Shown here piece by piece: positions 7,219 to 16,408 of a stretch of 64,000 nt of DNA. Below the pieces are notes generated by a model. The model was not told the DNA's origin and did not search any database. It saw only the letters and a list, made by a program, of their open reading frames with translations. A program made the position numbers and the translations under genes. Numbering within the stretch: position 1 is the stretch's first letter; each line of letters opens with the position of its first letter. This stretch comes from an uncultured Methylibium sp. (GTDB lineage Bacteria > Pseudomonadota > Gammaproteobacteria > Burkholderiales > Burkholderiaceae_C), in the NCBI RefSeq assembly GCF_902826655.1, contig NZ_CADEFR010000011.1, forward strand, positions 28,214 to 92,213, written 5' to 3'.

Positions 7219-9141
7219 ATGGATGTGATCAGCAGTTTCGCCGCCCGCTACGAGCGCAGCCGCGAAGAGGAACTGAGCCTCGAGGACTACCTCGCGATCT
7301 GCAAGCGCGACCCGGTCGCCTACTCGACCGCCGCCGAGCGCATGCTCAAGGCGATCGGCGAGCCGGAACTGGTCGACACACGCAACGACCCGCGGCTGTC
7401 GCGGCTGTTCGCCAACAAGGTCATCAAGCGCTACCCGGCCTTCGCCGAGTTCTACGGCATGGAGGACTCGATCGAGCAGGTCGTCTCCTACTTCCGCCAT
7501 GCGGCCCAGGGTCTCGAAGAGAAGAAGCAGATCCTCTATCTGCTGGGCCCGGTCGGTGGCGGCAAGAGCTCGATCGCCGAGCGTCTGAAGCAGCTGATGG
7601 AACACGTGCCCTTCTATGCGCTGAAGGGGTCTCCGGTGAACGAATCGCCGCTGGGCCTGTTCAACGCCGACGAGGACGGCCCCATCCTCGAGAAGGAATA
7701 CGGCATCCCGCGTCGCTACCTGAACCGCATCCTGTCGCCCTGGGCGGTGAAGCGGCTCGACGAGTACGGCGGCGACATCCGCAAGTTCAAGGTGGTGAAG
7801 CGCTACCCGAGCGTGCTCAAGCAGGTCGGCGTCGCCAAGACCGAGCCGGGCGACGAGAACAACCAGGACATCAGCTCGCTGGTCGGCAAGGTCGACATCC
7901 GCAAGCTCGAGACCTTCGCGCAGGACGACCCGGACGCGTACAGCTACTCCGGCGGCCTGTGCCTGGCCAACCAGGGCCTGCTCGAGTTCGTCGAGATGTT
8001 CAAGGCGCCGATCAAGGTGCTGCACCCGCTGCTGACCGCGACGCAGGAGAACAACTACAAGGGCACCGAAGGTTTCGGCGCGATCCCGTTCGACGGCATC
8101 GTGCTCGCGCACAGCAACGAGAGCGAGTGGAAGACCTTCCGCAACAACAAGAACAACGAGGCCTTCCTCGACCGCATCTACATCGTCAAGGTGCCGTACT
8201 GCCTGCGCATCAACGAGGAGGTCAAGATCTACGAGAAGCTGATCCGCAGCTCCTCGCTCGCCGACGCCAAATGCGCCCCGGGGACGCTCAAGATGATGGC
8301 GCAGTTCGCGGTGCTGTCGCGCCTGAAGGAGCCTGAGAACTCGTCGCTGTTCAGCAAGGCGCTGGTCTACGACGGCGAGAGCCTGAAGGACACCGACCCC
8401 AAGGCCAAGAGCTACCAGGAGTACCGCGACTACGCCGGTGTCGACGAAGGCATGAGCGGCGTCTCGACGCGCTTCGCGTTCAAGATCCTGTCCAAGGTCT
8501 TCAACTTCGACTCGAGCGAGATCGCCGCCAACCCGGTGCACCTGATGTACGTGCTGGAACAGCAGATCGAGCGCGAGCAGTTCCCCGCCGAGACCGAGCA
8601 GAAGTACCTGGGTTTCATCAAGGAGCACCTGGGCGCGCGCTACGCCGAGTTCATCGGCAAGGAGATCCAGACCGCGTACCTCGAGAGCTACTCCGAGTAC
8701 GGGCAGAATATCTTCGACCGCTACGTCACCTACGCCGACTACTGGATCCAGGACCACGAGTACCGCGACACCGACACCGGCGAGGTGTTCGACCGCGCCT
8801 CGCTGAACGCCGAGCTCGAGAAGATCGAGAAGCCGGCCGGCATCGCCAACCCGAAGGACTTCCGCAACGAGATCGTCAACTTCGTGCTGCGCGCGCGCGC
8901 CGGCAACCAGGGCAAGAACCCGCTGTGGACCAGCTACGAGAAGCTGCGCACGGTGATCGAGAAGAAGATGTTCTCGAACACCGAGGAGCTGCTGCCCGTC
9001 ATCAGCTTCAACGCCAAGGCCAGCGCCGACGAAGCCAAGAAGCACGAGGACTTCGTCAACCGCATGGTGCAGAAGGGCTACACCGCCAAGCAGGTGCGGC
9101 TGCTCTGCGAGTGGTACCTGCGGGTGCGGAAAAGCTCCTGA
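7219..9141 (+). CDS. prkA: PrkA/YeaG-family serine protein kinase (AAA+-like N-terminal domain)
   Basis: MDVISSFAARYERSREEELSLEDYL..., with Walker A LLGPVGGGKSS and about 640 aa of PrkA-typical sequence. GGAGGA lies 4 nt upstream of ATG 7219. Confidence 0.95.
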   Translation: MDVISSFAARYERSREEELSLEDYLAICKRDPVAYSTAAERMLKAIGEPELVDTRNDPRLSRLFANKVIKRYPAFAEFYGMEDSIEQVVSYFRHAAQGLEEKKQILYLLGPVGGGKSSIAERLKQLMEHVPFYALKGSPVNESPLGLFNADEDGPILEKEYGIPRRYLNRILSPWAVKRLDEYGGDIRKFKVVKRYPSVLKQVGVAKTEPGDENNQDISSLVGKVDIRKLETFAQDDPDAYSYSGGLCLANQGLLEFVEMFKAPIKVLHPLLTATQENNYKGTEGFGAIPFDGIVLAHSNESEWKTFRNNKNNEAFLDRIYIVKVPYCLRINEEVKIYEKLIRSSSLADAKCAPGTLKMMAQFAVLSRLKEPENSSLFSKALVYDGESLKDTDPKAKSYQEYRDYAGVDEGMSGVSTRFAFKILSKVFNFDSSEIAANPVHLMYVLEQQIEREQFPAETEQKYLGFIKEHLGARYAEFIGKEIQTAYLESYSEYGQNIFDRYVTYADYWIQDHEYRDTDTGEVFDRASLNAELEKIEKPAGIANPKDFRNEIVNFVLRARAGNQGKNPLWTSYEKLRTVIEKKMFSNTEELLPVISFNAKASADEAKKHEDFVNRMVQKGYTAKQVRLLCEWYLRVRKSS

Positions 9142-9172
9142 CCGCTGACCGCCGGAGGACGACGAGCACTTC

Positions 9173-10489
9173 ATGGCCCTGCAGCAGATCATCGATCGCC
9201 GGCTGGCCGGCAAGAACAAGTCGATCGGCAATCGCGAGCGCTTCCTGCGTCGTCACAAGGCGCAGATCAAGGAAGCCGTGCGCCGCGCGGTCAGCGGCCG
9301 CGGCATCCGCGACATCGAGCAGGGCGAGGACATCACGCTGCCCAAGCGCGACGTGTCGGAGCCGCTGTTCGGCCATGGCCAGGGCGGGCGCCGCGAGATG
9401 GTCCATCCGGGCAACAAGGAGTACGTCAAGGGCGATCGCGTCAAGCGGCCCGAGGGCGGCGGGGGCGGCAAGGGCGGCGGACAGGCCAGCGACTCCGGCG
9501 AGGGCGAGGACGACTTCGTCTTCCACCTCAGCAAGGAAGAGTTCATGCAGGTCTTCTTCGACGACCTGGCCTTGCCCAACCTGGTGAAGACGCAGCTCGC
9601 CGAGGTGCCCGACTACAAGAGCCAGCGTGCCGGCTACACCAGTGACGGCACGCAGAACAACCTGCACGTGCTGCGCTCGATGCGCGGCGCGATCGGCCGG
9701 CGCATCGCGCTGGGCGCCGACTCGAGGCGCGAGCTGCGCCACCTGGAGTCGCACCTCGCCGGCCTGAAGAAGCACGGCCGCTCTCGACCCGAGAGCGGGT
9801 GGGCCGACCTCGACCCGGGCCACGAGCTGCGCGAGCGCGAGATCAAGGCCCTCGAGCTGCAGATCGCCGAGCTGCGCCAGCGCGTCGCCCGCATTCCCTA
9901 CCTCGACCCGATCGACCTGCGCTACCGCAGCCGCGTCAAGGTGCCGGTACCGACGACGCGGGCGGTGATGTTCTGCCTGATGGACGTGTCCGGCTCGATG
10001 GACGAAGGCCGCAAGGACCTGTCCAAGCGCTTCTTCATCCTGCTGTACCTCTTCCTGACGCGCCACTACGAGAAGATCGACGTCGTCTTCATCCGCCATC
10101 ACACGCAGGCGCAGGAGGTCGACGAGGAAGGCTTTTTCCACTCCACCGAGACCGGCGGCACGGTGGTGTCGAGCGCGCTGGTGCTGATGGAGGAGATCAT
10201 CCGCGCGCGCTACCCCACCAGCGAGTGGAACATCTACGGCGCGCAGGCCAGCGACGGCGACAACTGGCACCACGACAGCGGACGCTGCCGCGAGATCGTC
10301 GCCGAGCAGCTGCTGCCCCTGTGCCGCTACTTCGCCTACGTCCAGGTCGCCGAGCCCGAGCAGAACCTGTGGGAGGAGTACTCGCAGATCGCCACGACGC
10401 AGCCGCACTTCGCGATGCGCAAGGTGCTGGAGCCGGCGCAGATCTATCCGGTGTTCCGCGACCTGTTCAAGAAGGAGGGGGCGACATGA
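9173..10489 (+). CDS. yeaH: YeaH/YhbH-family protein (DUF444, UPF0229)
   Basis: MALQQIIDRRLAGKNKSIGNRERFLRR..., a Gly-rich acidic linker and a C-terminal vWA-like block (FCLMDVSGSM). It follows prkA, as in the conserved prkA-yeaH-spoVR triad. Confidence 0.93.
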   Translation: MALQQIIDRRLAGKNKSIGNRERFLRRHKAQIKEAVRRAVSGRGIRDIEQGEDITLPKRDVSEPLFGHGQGGRREMVHPGNKEYVKGDRVKRPEGGGGGKGGGQASDSGEGEDDFVFHLSKEEFMQVFFDDLALPNLVKTQLAEVPDYKSQRAGYTSDGTQNNLHVLRSMRGAIGRRIALGADSRRELRHLESHLAGLKKHGRSRPESGWADLDPGHELREREIKALELQIAELRQRVARIPYLDPIDLRYRSRVKVPVPTTRAVMFCLMDVSGSMDEGRKDLSKRFFILLYLFLTRHYEKIDVVFIRHHTQAQEVDEEGFFHSTETGGTVVSSALVLMEEIIRARYPTSEWNIYGAQASDGDNWHHDSGRCREIVAEQLLPLCRYFAYVQVAEPEQNLWEEYSQIATTQPHFAMRKVLEPAQIYPVFRDLFKKEGAT

Positions 10490-12111
10490 GCCGCAAAGCC
10501 GGTGCGGGGCCGGAGGCCACGCACGACCTCTTCACCGTCGCCGACCTCGCGGCCACGGCCGCCGCGGCGCCGGTGCGCGCCGCCCGCGACATCCGCCCTC
10601 GGCCGCGCGCCGCCCAGCAGTTGCCGAGCACCAGCGACTGGAGCTTCGAGCACATCGACCAGTACCACGAGGTGATCCGCCGCACCGCGGCCAGCTACGG
10701 CCTGGACACCTACCCCAACCAGCTCGAGATCATCACCGCCGAGCAGATGATGGACGCCTACGCGTCGGTCGGCATGCCGGTGAACTACCGCCACTGGAGC
10801 TACGGCAAGGAGTTCATCGCGACGGAGAAGAACTACCGCCGCGGCTACATGGGCCTGGCCTACGAGATCGTCATCAACTCCAACCCCTGCATCAGCTACC
10901 TGATGGAGGAGAACTCGATGGCGATGCAGGCGCTGGTGATCGCGCATGCCGCCTACGGCCACAACAGCTTCTTCAAGGGCAACTACCTGTTCCGCATGTG
11001 GACCGATGCGTCGTCGATCATCGACTACCTGGTCTACGCGAAGAACTACGTCGCCGAATGCGAGGAGCGCCGCGGCCTCGACGCCGTCGAGGACCTGCTC
11101 GACAGCTGCCATGCGCTGATGAACCACGGTGTCGACCGCTACCGCCGGCCGACCAGGCTGTCGCTGGCGCAGGAGCAGGCGCGCCGCACCGAGCGCGAGG
11201 CCTATGCGCAGCAGCAGGTCAACGACATGTGGCGCACGCTGCCACGCGGCAAGGAGCGCGCCGCCGAGGAAGCCGATGCGCGCCGCTTCCCCGACGAGCC
11301 GCAGGAGAACCTGCTCTACTTCATCGAGAAGAACGCCCCGCTGCTCGAACCCTGGCAGCGCGAGATCGTGCGCATCGTGCGCAAGGTCGCGCAGTACTTC
11401 TACCCGCAGCGCCAGACCCAGGTGATGAACGAGGGCTGGGCGACCTTCTGGCACCACAAGCTGCTCAACACGATGTATGACGACGGCCACCTCGGCGACG
11501 GGATGATGGTCGAGTGGCTGAAGTCTCACACCAACGTCGTCTACCAGCCGCCGGTCGGCCATCCGGCCTACAACGGCATCAATCCGTATGCGCTGGGCTT
11601 CGCGATGTACAACGATCTCAAGCGCATCTGCGAGGCCCCGACCGACGAGGACCGCAGCTGGTTCCCCGAGATCGCCGGCGGCGACTGGCTGGCGACGATC
11701 GACCATGCCATGCGCAACTTCAAGGACGAGAGCTTCATCGGCCAGTACCTGTCGCCGCGCATGATGCGCGAGCTGCGCCTGTTCGCGGTGCTCGACGACG
11801 AGCAGGAAGACGAGCTCGAGATCTCGGCCATCCACGACGAGACCGGCTATCGCCGGCTGCGCGAGGCCTTGTCGCGGCAGTACGACCTCGGCCAGCGTGA
11901 ACCCAACATCCAGGTCTGGAACGTCGACCTGCGCGGCGATCGCTCGCTGCTGCTGCGCCACACCCAGCACAACAACCGGCCGCTGAACGACCAGACGACC
12001 GAGGTGCTCAAGCACGTGGCCCGGCTGTGGGGCTTCGACGTGCACCTCGAGAGCGTCGACGGCGCGGGCGAGACCACCAAGCGTTGGACCGTGCCCGCGT
12101 CGCGCCAGTGA
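10486..12111 (+). CDS. SpoVR/YcgB-family protein
   Basis: Contains YPNQLEIITAEQMMDAYASVGMPVNYRHWSYGKEF and AHAAYGHNSFFKGN, both SpoVR family blocks. The ATG at 10486 overlaps the yeaH TGA (ATGA). Confidence 0.93.
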   Translation: MSRKAGAGPEATHDLFTVADLAATAAAAPVRAARDIRPRPRAAQQLPSTSDWSFEHIDQYHEVIRRTAASYGLDTYPNQLEIITAEQMMDAYASVGMPVNYRHWSYGKEFIATEKNYRRGYMGLAYEIVINSNPCISYLMEENSMAMQALVIAHAAYGHNSFFKGNYLFRMWTDASSIIDYLVYAKNYVAECEERRGLDAVEDLLDSCHALMNHGVDRYRRPTRLSLAQEQARRTEREAYAQQQVNDMWRTLPRGKERAAEEADARRFPDEPQENLLYFIEKNAPLLEPWQREIVRIVRKVAQYFYPQRQTQVMNEGWATFWHHKLLNTMYDDGHLGDGMMVEWLKSHTNVVYQPPVGHPAYNGINPYALGFAMYNDLKRICEAPTDEDRSWFPEIAGGDWLATIDHAMRNFKDESFIGQYLSPRMMRELRLFAVLDDEQEDELEISAIHDETGYRRLREALSRQYDLGQREPNIQVWNVDLRGDRSLLLRHTQHNNRPLNDQTTEVLKHVARLWGFDVHLESVDGAGETTKRWTVPASRQ

Positions 12112-12217
12112 GCGACGCCCGCACCGGGCAGTGACGGAGAGCGGGCCGCAGAGCCCGTCGGCGTGCATCGAGGCAGCGCTGCCGTGGCGGCGGCGCGGAT
12201 GTGCAGAGGAGACAGCG

Positions 12218-13270
12218 ATGGCCCAGACCCTGACCGAGGCCGCGACCGCCGCCTTGCCCGGCGCCGCGATGGCGCCTGCCGCGTGGGCGGAGGCCGAGTC
12301 GCAGCGGCTGGCGGCGCTGTATCGCTACGGTGTGCTCGACACCGAGCCTGAGCCGGCCTTCGACGCGATCACCGAACTGGCGGCGTGCATCTGCCAGACC
12401 GAGGCCGCGCTGCTGTCGCTGGTGGACCAGGACCGGCTGTGGTTCAAGGCCCAGCTCGGCTTCGACCGCGACAGCGTGCCGCGCGCCCATGCGCCCTGCG
12501 CGCAGGCCATCGAGCAGGCCGACGACCGGCCGATGCTCGTCGACCCGGCCGGCGATCCGCGCTTTGCCGCGCACCCGGCGCTCGGCGCTGCGGCGGGCTG
12601 GCACCTGTACGCGGGCGTGCCGCTCGTCACGCCGCAGGGCTGGGCCGTCGGCACGCTGTGCGTGCTGGATCACGCACCGCGCGCGCTGTCGGCACGCCAG
12701 CAGCACGCGCTGCAACTGCTGGCCGATCAGGCGGTGGCGCAGCTGGAACTGCGCCGCGCCCAGGCCTTGCTGGAGCTGCAGGGCAACACCGACGAAGTGA
12801 CCGGCGCGTGGAACCGCACGGCCTTCGAACGGCGACTGGCCGAGGAGTGGGCACGCTGGAGCCGCCACGGTGGCAGCCTCGCGCTGCTCGCCATCGACGT
12901 CGATCGCTTCAAGCACTTCAACGACCTGCACGGCCACGCCGGCGGCGACGGGGCGCTGCAGCAGGTCGCCGGTGCGCTGGAGGGCACGCTGCGCGCGCAC
13001 GACGTGCTGGCGCATTGCGGGGCCGGCGAGTTCAGCGTGCTGCTGCCGGCCACCGACATCAGCGGTGCGACGGCCGCGGCCGAGCGCATGCGGCAGGCCC
13101 TGGGCCACGTGGTCTGGGCCAGCGAGCCCTTGACGGTGAGCATCGGCGTGGCGGTGAGCCTGCGCGAGGGCGACGTCGAGGCGGCCTCGCTGGCCGAGCG
13201 CGCGCACCGGGCGCTGACGCGCGCGAAGGCGCAGGGCCGCAACTGCGTGGAGGTGTGCGTCGCCGGCTGA
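12218..13270 (+). CDS. GAF-domain / GGDEF-domain protein with a degenerate active site (GAGEF) and an intact RxxD I-site
   Basis: The N-terminal GAF-like region (LYRYGVLDTEPEPAFD ... GTLCVLD) is followed by DEVTGAWNRTAFE ... DVDRFKHFNDLHGHAGGD ... RAHDVLAHCGAGEFSVLL. GAGGAG lies 6 nt before ATG 12218. Confidence 0.85.
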   Translation: MAQTLTEAATAALPGAAMAPAAWAEAESQRLAALYRYGVLDTEPEPAFDAITELAACICQTEAALLSLVDQDRLWFKAQLGFDRDSVPRAHAPCAQAIEQADDRPMLVDPAGDPRFAAHPALGAAAGWHLYAGVPLVTPQGWAVGTLCVLDHAPRALSARQQHALQLLADQAVAQLELRRAQALLELQGNTDEVTGAWNRTAFERRLAEEWARWSRHGGSLALLAIDVDRFKHFNDLHGHAGGDGALQQVAGALEGTLRAHDVLAHCGAGEFSVLLPATDISGATAAAERMRQALGHVVWASEPLTVSIGVAVSLREGDVEAASLAERAHRALTRAKAQGRNCVEVCVAG

Positions 13271-13291
13271 CCCTGACGACGCGGGCCGCTG

Positions 13292-13837
13292 CTAGCCGGG
13301 ACCCAGGACCCACACCCCCGCCGGCGGCAGATTGCCCCAGATGACCTCGCGCAGCGACCAGCGCAGGCGCGTGTCGGCCGGCAACTCGAAGGGCGCACGC
13401 GGCTGGTAGGTGTACTGCACCAGGCGGCGTGCCGGATGCGACTCGAGGAAGCCGATCAGGGCGCGCTGCGTGATGCCGCGCAGCGGCTCGGGCAGGCTGC
13501 GAAAGGGCAGCGAGGACACGAGCACCGTGTCGTCCGGCGCATCGTGATCGGCCAGCACCTCGTGCGCAGGCGCGCAGGCCACGTCGACATCGGGGAAGCG
13601 GCGTTTGAGGCCGGCCGCGAGATCGGGCTGCAGCTCGACCGCGAGCAGCGGCCGCTCGGGGACGGCATCGCGCAGTGCGGCCGTGACCGCGCCGGTGCCG
13701 GCACCGAGCTCGATCAGCGCGTCGGGGTCACCGACCTGCTCGGCCATGGCTCGAGCCAGGCGGCGCGACGACGGGGCCAGGGCCCCGACCAGGCTCGGAC
13801 GGGTCAATGCGAGGGCGACGAAGGCCGATGTGTTCAT
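13292..13837 (-). CDS. Class I SAM-dependent methyltransferase (small, phospholipid/rRNA-adenine methylase-like)
   Basis: 181 aa with the SAM motif LIELGAGTGAVTAAL and a downstream acidic loop (LLAVELQPD). Confidence 0.7.
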   Translation of the reverse strand: MNTSAFVALALTRPSLVGALAPSSRRLARAMAEQVGDPDALIELGAGTGAVTAALRDAVPERPLLAVELQPDLAAGLKRRFPDVDVACAPAHEVLADHDAPDDTVLVSSLPFRSLPEPLRGITQRALIGFLESHPARRLVQYTYQPRAPFELPADTRLRWSLREVIWGNLPPAGVWVLGPG

Positions 13838-13916
13838 GGCGTCGGTGTACTCCAGTCATCGGCGCTGTGGCGCTCGCCTTCGCAAGCAGGTGTTGCGGTG
13901 GAAGACCCGCGGTACT

Positions 13917-15332
13917 TCAGAGCTCGAAGATTTTGCCCGGATTCATGATGTTGCGGGGGTCCAGCGCACGCTTGATCTCGCGCATCAGCGCCACGCCGCC
14001 GGCACCGGCCTCGTCGAGCAGGAAGCCCATCTTGTGCAGGCCGATGCCGTGCTCGCCGGTGCAGGTGCCTTCGAGTTGCAAGGCGCGGGCCACCAGCTGC
14101 CGGTTCAGGCGCTCGGCGGTTTCCCGCTCGGCAGGCTGGGCCGGGTCGATCAGGTAGCCGACGTGGAAGTTGCCGTCGCCGACATGGCCGACGATGAAGT
14201 AGGGCAGGCCGCTCGCATCGACCTCGGCGACGGTCGCATCGATGCATTCGGCCAGGCGCGAGATCGGCACGCAGCAGTCGGTGGTCACCGCGCGGCAGCC
14301 CGGTCGCGTCTGCAGGGCCGACAGATAGGCGTGATGGCGTGCAGTCCACAGCCGTGTGCGTGCCTCGGGCGTCGTCGCCCACTCGAAGCCTTCGCCGCCG
14401 AACTCGGCCGCGATGTCCTGGACGACCTGGGCCTGCTCCTGCACGCCGGCGGCGCTGCCATGGAACTCCATCAGCAGCATCGGGGCCTCGCGCAGGCCGA
14501 GCCGGTCGTGGGCATTGACCGCGCGCACCGCGTGCGCATCGAGCAGCTCGCAGCGCGCGATCGGCACGCCGAGCTGGATCACCTGGATCGTCGTGCGAAC
14601 CGCCGCATCGACCGACGGGAAGTGGCAGACCGCGGCGCTGATGGCCTCGGGCAGCGGATAGAGCTTGAGCGTGATCTCGGTCATGACGCCGAGCGTGCCC
14701 TCGCTGCCGACGAAGAGCCGCGTCAGGTCGTAGCCGGCCGAGGACTTGCGGGCCCGCGTGCCGGTGCGGACCACTTCGCCGCTGGCCGTCACGACCGTCA
14801 GGCCGAGGACGTTCTCGCGCATGGTGCCGTAGCGCACCGCGTTCGTCCCGCTGGCGCGCGTGGCCGCCATGCCGCCGATCGAGGCGTCGGCGCCGGGGTC
14901 GATCGGAAAGAACAGGCCTTCGTGGCGGATCGCCTCGTTGAGCTGCTTGCGCGTCACGCCGGCCTGCACCGTGACGGTCAGGTCCTCGGCGTTGACGCGC
15001 AGCACCTGGTCCATGCGCGACAGGTCGATGCTGACCCCGCCCTGCACCGCCAGCAGGTGCCCCTCGAGCGAGGAGCCGACGCCGAAGGGGATCACCGGCA
15101 CGCCGTGCTGCTGCGCCAGCGCCACCGTGAATGCGACCTCGTCGGTGCTGGCGGCGAACACCACGATGTCGGGCGGCGGCACGTCGAACGGCGACTCGTC
15201 GCGGCCATGCTGCTCGCGCACCGCGCGGGCCGTGGAGCAGCGATCGCCGAAACGCGCCTTCAGCGCGTCGATCAGTGCCGGCGGCACCGGGCGCGGATCG
15301 AGTCGAGGCATCAGGTCGGCGGGGGCATTCAT
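13917..15332 (-). CDS. FAD-linked oxidase (D-lactate dehydrogenase / GlcD-like)
   Basis: An FAD_binding_4 pattern (VIPFGVGSSLEGH, GGMAATRASG, AGYDLTRLFVGSEGTLGV) and the C-terminal motif GTCTGEHGIGLHK are present. The start is set at ATG 15332 (MNAPADL), preceded by AGGAGA. The track ORF extends to 15437. Confidence 0.88.
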   Translation of the reverse strand: MNAPADLMPRLDPRPVPPALIDALKARFGDRCSTARAVREQHGRDESPFDVPPPDIVVFAASTDEVAFTVALAQQHGVPVIPFGVGSSLEGHLLAVQGGVSIDLSRMDQVLRVNAEDLTVTVQAGVTRKQLNEAIRHEGLFFPIDPGADASIGGMAATRASGTNAVRYGTMRENVLGLTVVTASGEVVRTGTRARKSSAGYDLTRLFVGSEGTLGVMTEITLKLYPLPEAISAAVCHFPSVDAAVRTTIQVIQLGVPIARCELLDAHAVRAVNAHDRLGLREAPMLLMEFHGSAAGVQEQAQVVQDIAAEFGGEGFEWATTPEARTRLWTARHHAYLSALQTRPGCRAVTTDCCVPISRLAECIDATVAEVDASGLPYFIVGHVGDGNFHVGYLIDPAQPAERETAERLNRQLVARALQLEGTCTGEHGIGLHKMGFLLDEAGAGGVALMREIKRALDPRNIMNPGKIFEL

Positions 15333-15502
15333 GGCATCTCCTGGCGACGGCTCGCGACGCGCGACCGATTCTAGGAACATGTGGCGGACCTCACGATAGC
15401 GCGCCGCCGGCACCCGGGCGGGTCGCGCGGGCTGCAAGGCTCAGGCAGGTCACGACGACTCAGGGTCATCGGGTCATGTGGCCCGCCGGACCTGGAGAGC
15501 CC

Positions 15503-16012
15503 ATGTGGATTCCGCTGCAGCGATTCATTCAAGTCATCGTCGCGAGCTTGCTGCTGGGCGCGGCGACGCTGGCGACGGCGCAGACGACGCCCACGGCCCG
15601 CATCGATGGCCGGGGTCTCGACGGCAAGCCCTTCGATCTGGTCACCCAGCGTGGCAAGGTGGTCATGGTCGTGTTCTGGTCCACGGCCTGCGCCGTGTGC
15701 CGGGACACGCTGCCTGAGCTGCGCGCCAACTACGCCGGCTGGCGCGGCAAGCCTTTCGAGCTGGTGCTCGTCGCGACCGATCCGCTGCGGCAGGACGTGG
15801 TGGACTACGAGAAGCTGCTGGAGCGCATCGTGCCGACGACGTCCCGATTCCCGAGCCTGTGGCGCGCCGAACCCGGTCACCGCGATGGCTTCGGCGCGGT
15901 CGGGCAACTGCCGGCCACCTTCGTGCTCGACCGCGAGGGCCGCGTTGTCGAGCGCTTCAACGGCCGCATTCCGACCGAGGCCTGGGACCGCGTGGCCGAA
16001 CTGTTGCCCTAG
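15503..16012 (+). CDS. TlpA/ResA-like periplasmic thiol:disulfide oxidoreductase (thioredoxin fold)
   Basis: Signal peptide (MWIPLQRFIQVIVASLLLGAATLATAQ) and CxxC motif in FWSTACAVC. GGAGAG lies upstream of ATG 15503. Confidence 0.85.
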   Translation: MWIPLQRFIQVIVASLLLGAATLATAQTTPTARIDGRGLDGKPFDLVTQRGKVVMVVFWSTACAVCRDTLPELRANYAGWRGKPFELVLVATDPLRQDVVDYEKLLERIVPTTSRFPSLWRAEPGHRDGFGAVGQLPATFVLDREGRVVERFNGRIPTEAWDRVAELLP

Positions 16013-16032
16013 GCGGCGGCCGGCGTGCGGCT

Positions 16033-16374
16033 TCAGGGACGGGCTGCCAGCGGAACCACCGCCGACCGGGCCCGGGTCGGCGCCGCCGCGGCGTCGGCCT
16101 CGCTGCGCTGGGTGAGCTTGCGGCGCAGGTAGCGCATGGCCGTGACGCGCAGGAAGGAGGCGAAGTTCGGCACCTCGCCGCGGTGCGCCAGGATCTCGTC
16201 GTGGAAGGTGGCGATGAGGCTGTTGGTGGTGCAGCTCTCCTCGAGAGCCATCTCGGCCAGCGTGTCCCAGACCATGTTCTCGAGCCGGATGCTGGTCAGC
16301 ACGCCATGGATGCGGATCGTGCGCGAGCGCGATTCGTAGAGGATGGGGTCGGCCTTGACGAAGAATTCGCACAT
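16033..16374 (-). CDS. Ribbon-helix-helix (RHH_4-like) domain protein
   Basis: 113 aa. The block SRTIRIHGVLTSIRLENMVWDTLAEMA ... FASFLRV resembles the Arc/MetJ-type RHH_4 family. It lies 34 nt downstream of the GMC oxidoreductase gene. Confidence 0.65.
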   Translation of the reverse strand: MCEFFVKADPILYESRSRTIRIHGVLTSIRLENMVWDTLAEMALEESCTTNSLIATFHDEILAHRGEVPNFASFLRVTAMRYLRRKLTQRSEADAAAAPTRARSAVVPLAARP

Positions 16375-16408
16375 GCGGGTCTCCTGGCGGGCGGGCTGCC
16401 GCGGCGGA

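Noticed and set aside
7018-9231. 737-aa minus-strand ORF antisense to prkA
   Set aside because: No motifs were found and the sequence is a repetitive L/V/A/D/E mirror of the PrkA coding frame. PrkA itself is unambiguous.
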